DNA of 63,038 bases, counting the filler, from Conidiobolus incongruus B7586 (taxonomy: Eukaryota), in the NCBI GenBank assembly GCA_000697335.1. It is 22 parts of 22 records of this genome, joined end to end, with 100 filler letters (N's around TTAATTAATTAA, not from the genome) between each part and the next. Parts side by side here need not be neighbours in the genome. Positions count along the whole stretch, not along the records: positions 24,341 to 31,903 come from JNEM01004512.1; positions 32,004 to 35,611 come from JNEM01004513.1; positions 35,712 to 36,997 come from JNEM01004518.1; 19 more parts are not named here. One strand, written 5' to 3'. Shown piece by piece: positions 26,832 through 37,097 of this stretch. The position numbers and the translations under genes were made by a program. The number at the start of each line of letters is the position of its first letter. The stretch's first letter is position 1. The notes under the pieces were generated by a model, which was not told where the DNA came from, did no database searches, and saw nothing but the letters and a program-made list of their open reading frames with translations.

Positions 26832-28151
26832 ATGAAATTCCTTTCTTTAATCGTCTCACTACTTATCCAAGGCGCGTTGGGTGAGGATGCTAACCCAACC
26901 GGATGTATCGAAAATTTCGATTCTAACAAAGATTACTTCCCTCATAAGGTCAAGGTTGACACTGCTGATTTGTTCAGTGTTGATTACCACAAATACTACA
27001 AGGTTTTGACTAACAAGATGGTCAATGAAACTTATGTTCTTTACCAATGTGGTACCAAGAAGCCCGAAGTTGATAACGTCAAACAGTTTATTGAAATCCC
27101 AGTCAAGAGTGTCGCAGCTTTGGATACTTCCTCAGTTTTCTTCCTTCAGATGTTAGGTGTATTTGACAAAATCAAGAAGGTTGGAACTCTCGACTACATC
27201 AGTTCTCCCTGTGTCAGAAAGGCTGTCAACGAAACATCAATCACTGCTATTGATAATGACGGTACTTTCAAAAAAAACGATAAAAAGGATCAGTTTGCTG
27301 ACGTCGACGTTATCTTCAGCTCCGGTAGCTCCAAGAATACTCCCAAGGAAATTGTTATCAGTGCCGTCCATGATCCTGGAGCTTTAGAACGTACTGAATG
27401 GGTTGAGTTCTACTCCACCTTCTTCAACTTGGAACAAATTGGTAATGCCGCTACTAGTACTATCAATGACAACTTTAACTGTATCAAAAAGAATACTAAG
27501 GCTCCTGAAAATGGTGTAACAGTCGCCTGGACTGCCTACTTTGCTGCTTACAAGGAATATCCCGAATCTTGGTCCATCTCTCAAGCTCCCTACAAGAAAC
27601 AATTGACAGAAGCTGCTAGTGCCAAATTCCTCTCCGTCAGCAACGCAACTTTCAGCAATCCCAAAGACTTCGTGAAAGAACTCCAGAAGGCCGATTACAT
27701 TATCGACGAGTCTGATGGCATTTACACACTTAATGAGATTGCTAAGGCCTATAAAATTCCTCTTGACACCGATCTTCCCGCTTTCAAGAACAAGAAACTC
27801 TACCGTATCGATGGTCTCGGTAATGATAAGGACGGGTACGATTGGTACGAATCCGCTGTTCCTTTTCAAGATGCCGCCCTCCAAGATCTCGTCCGTATTC
27901 TCGGCACTAACACCACCGCTCTCGCCGGCGACAATCGCCTCTGGTTCCGTAACGTCGTTTCCGAAAAAAAGCAAGTCCTTGGTGCCGGAGACTGTCGTTA
28001 CGATGGCAAGCCTCTCAGCTCTCGCGCTGGCCAATGTAAAGCTGCTAAAGGCTCTTCTGGATCAAGTGATAAGGGTAGCTCCAACGCCTCCACCTTTGTT
28101 GCCTCATGGACCTTAGGTCTCGTTTCTTTAATCACTGCCATGATGATCTAA
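26832..28151 (+). CDS. Secreted, probably GPI-anchored periplasmic-binding-fold (TroA/BtuF-like) protein, CBA1 (cobalamin acquisition protein 1)-like, 439 aa, intronless
   Basis: ATG at 26832 starts a signal peptide (MKFLSLIVSLLIQGALG). Motifs DYFPxK, YKVLTN, ETYVLYQCGT, ERTEWVEFYSTFFNLE and DWYESA are recalled from CBA1/BtuF-like proteins. S/G-rich linker plus a terminal hydrophobic tail. Strong codon bias and GC rise. The ligand is inferred. Confidence 0.85.
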   Translation: MKFLSLIVSLLIQGALGEDANPTGCIENFDSNKDYFPHKVKVDTADLFSVDYHKYYKVLTNKMVNETYVLYQCGTKKPEVDNVKQFIEIPVKSVAALDTSSVFFLQMLGVFDKIKKVGTLDYISSPCVRKAVNETSITAIDNDGTFKKNDKKDQFADVDVIFSSGSSKNTPKEIVISAVHDPGALERTEWVEFYSTFFNLEQIGNAATSTINDNFNCIKKNTKAPENGVTVAWTAYFAAYKEYPESWSISQAPYKKQLTEAASAKFLSVSNATFSNPKDFVKELQKADYIIDESDGIYTLNEIAKAYKIPLDTDLPAFKNKKLYRIDGLGNDKDGYDWYESAVPFQDAALQDLVRILGTNTTALAGDNRLWFRNVVSEKKQVLGAGDCRYDGKPLSSRAGQCKAAKGSSGSSDKGSSNASTFVASWTLGLVSLITAMMI

Positions 28152-28484
28152 ACATCGCCTTAGAGCGTTATTTAAAAATTTAATAAATACTAATCAATCT
28201 ATAGAAAACTAATAACACTATTAATTTCATTTTAACTCTAATTTTCTCAATATTATATGAAAACATACAATATCAAATTTATTGATATTTATTAAAGGTA
28301 CAAAATATTTTTAAAGTTTGGATAAATTGATAGTGGATATGGAGCTAATTGGATAATGAGAAAGTATTAAATCAAGTATTGGATAATTTAGATGTTAATG
28401 TTTGATGAATTGGTAGTTTATGAAGAAATAGATTGAGGTATATTATTTTAATAGATTCATTTGAACTATTCAACTTTCTATCAG

Positions 28485-28556
28485 TCTTCGATAGTATAGT
28501 GGTGAGTATACCCGCCTGTCACGCGGGTGACCTGGGTTCAATTCCCAGTCGGAGAG
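28485..28556 (+). tRNA. tRNA-Asp (anticodon GTC), intronless, 72 nt
   Basis: TCTTCGA/TCGGAGA acceptor stem, D arm TAGTATAGTGGTGAGTATA, anticodon arm CCCGC-CTGTCAC-GCGGG, T arm CTGGG-TTCAATT-CCCAG, T-run downstream. Confidence 0.97.
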
Positions 28557-29511
28557 TAATTTATTTTTGTAAATTTGAATTTAATATACCCAATTATTAA
28601 AAATAATTTATATAAATATACTAATATATATTTTTAATATTATATATAATTTCTTAAAATATATAATTTTAAAATTAAATTTTTAATAAAGTGAATATGA
28701 TATTATTTTGAATTATTGATTAATTATATTAATTAAAATTCACAAATATATTATTCATAACCCAGATATTTATAATTTTAATTTTATAAAAAAATATTTT
28801 TCAAATGAAGAATTCTATAATTTGAAATATAATTGAAAATATAATGTACCAAATAAGGAGATACAATCATACTATGATTCTGTTATATATCATAAGTTCA
28901 TTTTTTAATTTAAATTTTGCATCCTCATTTTATTTTTTTTAATGTTGATGTTAATTTTGGAGAATAAATTTACCCAATATTCTAAACTTTAGTCTTTGAT
29001 AAATCAAATATTAAATTGTGGTGATCAAAAATTTTGCAATTTTATTATAATTTTATTCAAATAGGGGAATTTTAAAGATAAAATTCAAATATTAATATTG
29101 ATTTAATTATTATCAAAGTATAAATATTTATCATTCGATATTAACAATATAATCTAACTTATATTAATTTGATTCATTTTGAAACAGATATAGCACCAGC
29201 GAAAAAAACCTTGAATTAGAATAGACCAAGCGAACTAACCGAATTTGGACAATGCTATAATTAATAGGAGAGAATATATTGAAATGAAAATTTATCAACT
29301 ACCTCAATTTCGAAAAAAGTAGGTGTCAATACCGCTTCACCACTTGGCATCAATATATATAAATAGCTTTAAAATTGTCTCAATCAATTTCAAAGTATTG
29401 GCAAGTCATCGAATTGACCAATTTGTGAAAGATCTGCGATTTCAAATCGAGTTGGAGTTTGATAATTAAAGCGAATTTGAAATTTTTCTACTGTTGCAAG
29501 TTTTCGTATCA

Positions 29512-29519
<8 letters not shown>

Positions 29520-29546
<27 letters not shown>
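29520..29546. repeat. (AT)n microsatellite following a poly-A run, ~100 bp upstream of the deacetylase
   Basis: Directly visible. Similar (AT)n runs occur at ~9177, 23838, 24223, 53063, 55706 and 61240. Confidence 0.9.
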
Positions 29547-29547
<1 letters not shown>

Positions 29548-29643
29548 CAAAATTATTATAAATACTTCTTAAATCATTGGAACTGTAAATTATTTCATAT
29601 TTCATAAAGCATTCTTGTATATTTTTTAACTAAATTATTCATA

Positions 29644-30363
29644 ATGAATTGGGTGTTAAAATGGCTACTTTTTCTTGTATCTAATCAATTACTGATTACC
29701 AGTGCTCACAATCGAGATGGTGATGTTGATACAGATACGGTTCCAGAGCCTCAATCACAGGGTATAGTTACTGGGTGTACGCGACCAGGAGTTTTCGCAA
29801 TGACCTTTGATGACGGACCTTATGAATACTCACCGCAGTTGCTTGCAGGGCTTAAGAGGTATAATGTCAAGGCGACTTTTTTCCTTGTAGGTGAATTGGT
29901 TGAAAATCCCGATTATGCCAAATTTGTCCAACAAATGGTGCTAGACGGTCATCAAGTTGCATCTCACACTTATACGCATCCACATCTAAACTCTCTATCA
30001 GATGCTGAAATAGAGGAAGAGATCCAGAAAAGTCAAGATGCTATCTATGATGCAATTGGATATCGAGTAACATATTTCCGATGTCCATACGGAGAATGTG
30101 ATGATCGAGTTGTCAACATCCTTGAAAATAAAGGATACAAGATCATCCACTGGAATCTCGATACCAACGACTGGGACGGCCGTAGTAGTGATGAAATAGT
30201 CAATGTATATGCTGAATCATTAGAAAATTCCAACCCTGAAACAGATAGCTTTATCGCTCTTGAACATGAAATTGCTCCGGAAACAGTTGCAGCTCTTCCA
30301 GAATTGATCAGAAAGGTGAGAAGATCTGGTTATCAACTTGTGACTGTTGCTAATTGTATTTAA
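29644..30363 (+). CDS. Secreted chitin/polysaccharide deacetylase (CE4, NodB domain), 239 aa, intronless
   Basis: Signal peptide. CE4 motifs TFDDGP, HTYTHPHL, RCPYG, DTNDW and LEHE, and a C-terminal LVTVANC. Confidence 0.95.
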   Translation: MNWVLKWLLFLVSNQLLITSAHNRDGDVDTDTVPEPQSQGIVTGCTRPGVFAMTFDDGPYEYSPQLLAGLKRYNVKATFFLVGELVENPDYAKFVQQMVLDGHQVASHTYTHPHLNSLSDAEIEEEIQKSQDAIYDAIGYRVTYFRCPYGECDDRVVNILENKGYKIIHWNLDTNDWDGRSSDEIVNVYAESLENSNPETDSFIALEHEIAPETVAALPELIRKVRRSGYQLVTVANCI

Positions 30364-33300
30364 TCACTCTCACACCCAATTTATACATTTAAGTTCATAT
30401 ATTTTTATCAACATTTGCAAATTCATTACTTAATTAATCGCACTCATTTATTCACATTCCCCAATATTTAAAACATTATATTTCCCCTACCCACATCACT
30501 ATTTGATAGGACACGGATATTATGGGATCATAAACCTATTGAATATCTTATAATACTTATTTAGAATTAGAAATATAACTAAATTATACAGTCTAACTAA
30601 TAATTATCCATTTTATTAATTTTATTGTATTGTTATATAGAATGATTAATCATGAATTTGATTTATTATAATGGTAATTATGATTTAGTAAAATTATTAA
30701 ATTATTTTAATTTATATATTATTTTATCAAAAATATATATAAATTCATTCAAATTTTATAAAATTAATTTTAATTAATATTGATTTAATATAATAGCAAC
30801 TATATCTAATTTAACTATAAAATTTATTATGATTTATCAAAAAAATATTTTAAAAAAATGGATTAATATTTTATAATATATTAAATACCTTAAAACTAAA
30901 AATATTTTTTTGCTTAATTATTAATTTAATTTTGAAAAAATTATTAAATACAGAATAAATTCAGATGAATACTCAAACAAGTATCAAGATATTTAAATTG
31001 AAACTCTGGGTAATTTTTCTTGGTTATTTTATTGAATATAATGATAATACTGAGGTTGAAACAATTATTAGTTTGGAAAGAAATAGCAAACTATTTAATT
31101 CTTTATTTTTCAATCATATTGTTAGTTTTAAGGGATAAAATATATACAGAATATATAAAGGAGTTAATAGTATCAAATTATTTATATTGATATTTTTATT
31201 TATAATTATTTTGATTGAAAAATTTAATTATATATTAAATAAATAATGATCATTAACAGTCTTTTATTTTAATATTATTAAAACTTAATTATAAATTCTT
31301 TAAAAATAATTTAAGCTTTGTAAATAATTTATAAAGATAATATCTTATTTAAAATCACCATTTATTATTATTTTTCCCTTTTTCAAATTAAAAGGGATAT
31401 TAATTAAAATTTATAAAAATATATAAAATTAGTTTTTATTATTCTCTTTTCTCCGATTAATAAATAATATATTAACAAATATTTTTCTTACTTGAAAAAT
31501 TATTAAAATAATATAATACTAACTATATAGTTATTATATTTATTAATACTACATTTGGTATAATAAAAATACAAAATCAATATTATTTATCTTTTATTTT
31601 AATCAATGCTTAGAAAAAAAACTGGAAAAATATAGCTAAATAAATGTTTTTTATATATAATCAGCAATCAATATTTTTATATTATTTTTTTAAAATAGAA
31701 TTTATATAAATTAAAATAGTCCCTTTAATAAACTTTAAACAAATAATATTTATAATAGTAAATATCAATTTTTATAATAAATTATATTGAAATATAATTA
31801 TTAATTAATATCTTGAAATTAAATAATAATATATTTTATTTATTTTTAAATTAATTTCTAATTGATATTCTTATTATAAATTCATCTTATTTTATTATTT
31901 TATNNNNNNNNNNNNNNNNNNNNNNNNNNNNNNNNNNNNNNNNNNNNTTAATTAATTAANNNNNNNNNNNNNNNNNNNNNNNNNNNNNNNNNNNNNNNNN
32001 NNNATTAATATACTTTAAGTTAAATATTTTTTGAAATAAGATAAAATTTAAATAATATTCAAAATATAAATTTTAGATAATAATAATTTTATATAATAAT
32101 TTCAACAAATATAAAGCTATATTATATTTAAAAATATTTAAATTACCATATTTAGCATTTCTAATAGATTAATACTTGTGTAATTATAATAATTTTAGAG
32201 AATTAAAAATATATTTACATGAATAAATTCCTAGATATAAATTAAATTAATTTTTAAAATATAAAATTTCAATTTATAATGAAAAAAACTATTTTTCAAG
32301 TGTTTCAAGTTTGCCAAAAATATGGCAAAGAGTTGTTAATAACAAAAGAAGTATTATCTATATACTGTTTATTAATATTTACAAAATTATATATTAATAC
32401 TTGTATTTAGTTTTAATTTTATATTAATGGTAGTATTTAATTTCTGTAGTAATATTTATAAATCATGAAATTCATATTAAATCACTGATCAATTACTTCA
32501 ATCTCAATTTTTATTTTTTGCATTTAAAAGTTTTTAAACTTGTAGACAGTGTCTGATAAGCTGAACAGGCAAGGAGATCTTTTTAATTGAAATTTAAATA
32601 ACTAGTCAAATATTAAATAATCAAAATTATAAATTCGTATATACTGTATATATTAAATAACAATGGTGATAGATAATATTCGCAATAAAAATCATTAAAC
32701 TTATTATCTCTATCGCCTCAAGCAATAATGGTAGCCAGATTTCTATCACTTGAACTATTATCTGTCTCTTCAAATAATCCCGAGACTTATGTAAAACTAT
32801 CCCAGGTGCTGAGATCGATTGAGTTGTTGCCATTTTGACTATATCTAAAATTGCCAAATATATTTATAAAATTGTTAAAATAAAAAAATAACCATTATCA
32901 ATCTCAATAGCTGAAATTATTTTTGAAATATATTGAATTGATATCGCTTTTATATACCTAAGAAGGTCACGAAAAATTTATATTTCATCTTGACAGATGA
33001 TTGTGTAAGAGTTATTATCCTTTGACTCGCATTTATTATTCTATAATCTTATTCAAATCAGGAGATTCTTGATACCAATATGGTAGTGGAAAATCAATTA
33101 CCTTTTGAATCATTGGAATTGTCGATTTCTACCCAATCTCCTGATTAATTTCCCCATAAAGAGAATTATAAATAGATAAACTTTTGTGATGTAATTAATG
33201 ATTAATCAAAAATAAGTGGAAATAACTGAATTTTTTAATGATGGTGTAATATTTTATATAAAAGTATATATATTATTAAATATTTTCTAGTATGTGTTAT

Positions 33301-33599
33301 TTAATACCTAAATTAAATATGATATAGTCAAACTATTAATATATTTAATATATTCCAGCATGTCAATTTAAATATATAATACATGAAATCACAATCAAAA
33401 GTCCAATAAAATATACTAATTTTGTTTTTAATAAAAATAAATATCCGATTATTATCCACCAATTTCATATTTTCTTGGTTGATTAGAAATCAAAATATTG
33501 GATTACAAGTCATTAAACATTTTAAAAATTATCAAAAATTCATTATAATTATTAGTTTAAGATATTACTAATATATTCTAAAAAAATTTATAAATTTTT

Positions 33600-34350
33600 A
33601 TTATTATAACGAAATTGAAAAATATAATATTTACTTAGATAATGAATTAGGTTGAAGTGATGGAAAAAAATATAAACTAGAATTACCGGAACATATTTTT
33701 CCCCGTTTAATATATCTATATAAACTTTACTATCCTTTTAAGTTAATTTTATAATTTTATTATATTAATAAATTTGAGTTTGAAATCTTCTGGCAATTTA
33801 GAGGCAATAATTCTGTAATAAAATAAACTTTGTTCAATATAAATCCAGATTTAGAACAAAGTAGTTGAAATGATTAATTAAAGTTGTAGATTTTCTGGAT
33901 TAATATTAATATGAAAATCGTATTAAGAACATAAATACTGTTTATTTTGGTAATAATAAATTTCTACCCTATATGGTAATAATTCTCATATTTAACTAAT
34001 AAGGTTAATATATACATTGATTATAATGAAATCCAAGTTTATCTGCTCAAGTACCATGAAAATTACTAATATTTGACCAACACTTGGAACTATTGTGTAA
34101 TTAGTATTTATATCAACTTTTACATTATACCTTTTTTATTATTTACAATTATATTTGGCAATTTTAATTATATCATTGTATATCAAAATTATATTATTAT
34201 ATAACCTAGGCAATTATACGAGCTCAATAAATACCTTATTAACAGAATATATTTTATAATATAATACTAAATAGAGCGATTCTTTATATCACTGTTTATG
34301 TCAAGAATTTAAATATATTGAAATAGATACAATTGAGTTATAAAATGATT
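33600..34350 (+). pseudogene. Possible decayed leucine-rich/RNI-like gene remnant
   Basis: Short coding-like relics (KLELPEHIFPRLIYL; FNINPDLEQ) in a locally GC-richer, stop-riddled stretch. Resemblance from memory only. Confidence 0.2.
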
Positions 34351-35711
34351 TCAATTTTTGATCTAGCTATGGCAATTATATATATATCTTAATTTTAATA
34401 TTGAAAATAGAAATAATAATTTATTTGATTTTTTAATTATAATTTGCCATTATATTATTTTTAACATTATTTCGAATGGTTTTTTTAAATGCTATCAATT
34501 TATGAATGTATTGATAAAAATATATTACTAAGAATGAGGATTTTAATAATACTATTTTATACTAATATATATTGCTATTACTATTGTAAACTATTAAATA
34601 AAGGTTATATAGAAATATTTTAATTTATATTCAGTATTATAATAGTGTAATTCCATTTAGATTTGTTTATCAAGTACTTTTTTTCAAGTTTAAATAAATT
34701 ATTTGATTATTAATATCTCGATATAAACTTAGAATATTTAAGTCATATTTTCCAGCGATATTAAAATCCTATATACGTTCATTGTATTTTAAAAAATTAT
34801 GAAGTGATTAATACATTGAATAATTAATACGCTTTATATTTTACTCTGATATATACTACTTCAAGAAAATTGATCTGAGGAGTTTATTAAATAAAAGATA
34901 AAGCCATTCAAATTTATAATATTTCATTCAGTTTCATAATTCCTATATAAAAAGAATATAAATTAACAATTTTATTGAAAAAATATATATTATACAAAAT
35001 TTGATATATAACTAAATTAAATATTTTAATATTTGTTTATTTATAATTTATTAGTATCAATAAATAACTGTTATTAATTTAGATAGAAAAAATGTCAGTT
35101 TTATAAATCTATATCAATTAAAATAGAATCTGAATTTTAAAAAATAGATTATATATAAATAATGATAGTATTAAACCTTTTACAGTATATTTATACTTAT
35201 TGATCTATAATAATTTTTTTAACGTAATGTATTCAAAAATTCATTATTATATTTAATAATATGAAATTTAAATAATAGTTATTTTAGGTATTCTACTAAC
35301 ATATATTAATCATCAATAAAGACTAGTTAAAAAATTTTAAATATAATAAAAACCAGTAAAAAAATTTGTCAAAAACTTCCATATATCATTAGTTCAAATA
35401 TTTAATAATTTAATCACATTATCTATATTTAATCAAAATAATTAAAACTAATATTGGTAAAATTTCTTTTATATATTGAATCAATTATAAGTTAAAAAAT
35501 ATTTCTTATATTTTAACTCAAAAACTATGAAAAAATATTATGATCTATATTAATATTCATTTAATATTATGAAGTTTAAACTTGGTTAACTAGAATCATT
35601 ATATAAAATAANNNNNNNNNNNNNNNNNNNNNNNNNNNNNNNNNNNNNNNNNNNNTTAATTAATTAANNNNNNNNNNNNNNNNNNNNNNNNNNNNNNNNN
35701 NNNNNNNNNNN

Positions 35712-36997
35712 AAACATATAATAAACTTATATTATTTATTTATAATTAAATATATTTAATCTAATTATATTAAATTTTAGTTAATATATTAAAATTTAAA
35801 TTTTACCTATGATGAGTTATAAATCTATATATTTTGGTTATAGAAAGAAAATTAAAACTTAATATATTTACCATTTGCTTTCTTAACTTCCTTAAGTTTA
35901 TAAGGTATAAAGTCAATTAACTTTTTATATTAAGAGAAATTAATTTTGTTTTTAGTTTATTAAATATATTCTTAAAGCTTATTTAAATTATTTACTGGTG
36001 GGAAAACTTTAACTACTTTTTTTAACTAATTCTAAAGGTGTTTAATTAAAGTAAAGTTAAAAGATTAAAGAAACTACTTTATAACTATTATTTTATTATT
36101 TTTAAACTATTTAGTAATAAAAATAATAATATAACAAAAAGTATTATCTTATTAAAAAATAATATCTGAGTTATTTAACTTATATTATTTAATAGTTTTT
36201 TTTAATTTATTCTTTAGAATATTTTAGTACATCTCAGTATTAATTCCTTTATTAACTTTATAAAGATATCTTACACTAGAAGATAATATATATGCTTAAA
36301 CTATAATTAACCTATTATTATATTTTTAGATTAAAATAACATAATAGCTACAAAATAATTCTTTGTCTTTTTTAAAATATCTAGCTTTTTTATTAAATCT
36401 ACTAAAGTAAATTTTTGTTTTATTAAATTAAATAACCTTACTCTAATTAGTTTTAATTTAACTTTAGTGATAACAGTTAAACTCTTGTTTAGCTTTATAA
36501 TAAGACTTTTTTAGTTAGGGAAGTTTTTTCTTAAAGTGCAAGTGGTATATATTACAATATAAAATACATATAATAGTATTAATACTAACTAATATTCTTG
36601 TATAGTTTTATAATACTCTTTATATTTTTACAGTAATATTATATTTATTTATATTAACTAACCTATAAATATACCTTTTATTATATTGATTTATAATCTT
36701 AACACACTTAAGTTTAGGTTTAAATATATCCTTACTATAATTTTTAACAGCTTTTAGTATAATAAACTAGCTAGCATTAATAATTCTAATAATCTTATAA
36801 GTTAATTTACTTTTATTATAGAGTTAATTAATATATAAGTGAATCTTTTTTAAAGAGAGATTTAAATATTTTAATATTAATTTTATTCAAAATAATAATT
36901 TACAATAATAATATTAGTATATATATATAATTTAATAAAAAAAGATTTAAGTAATTTTTATTTTATATACCCTTTTAATTTTTAAACCTATAAATTT
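35712..36997 (-). mobile_element. Tc1-like family A copy A4 (both termini cut by spacers)
   Basis: Colinear over its whole length with 37273-38553 of A5. Confidence 0.92.
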
Positions 36998-37097
36998 NNN
37001 NNNNNNNNNNNNNNNNNNNNNNNNNNNNNNNNNNNNNNNNNTTAATTAATTAANNNNNNNNNNNNNNNNNNNNNNNNNNNNNNNNNNNNNNNNNNNN

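Noticed and set aside
26711..28116. ORFs 26711-26929, 26859-27047, 27157-27387, 27384-28034 and 27715-28116
   Set aside because: Antisense or alternate-frame shadows of the codon-biased CBA1-like gene.
32646..32672. LSPLLFNIY as a LINE reverse-transcriptase motif
   Set aside because: No preceding QG and no downstream YADD visible. A single short match is insufficient.
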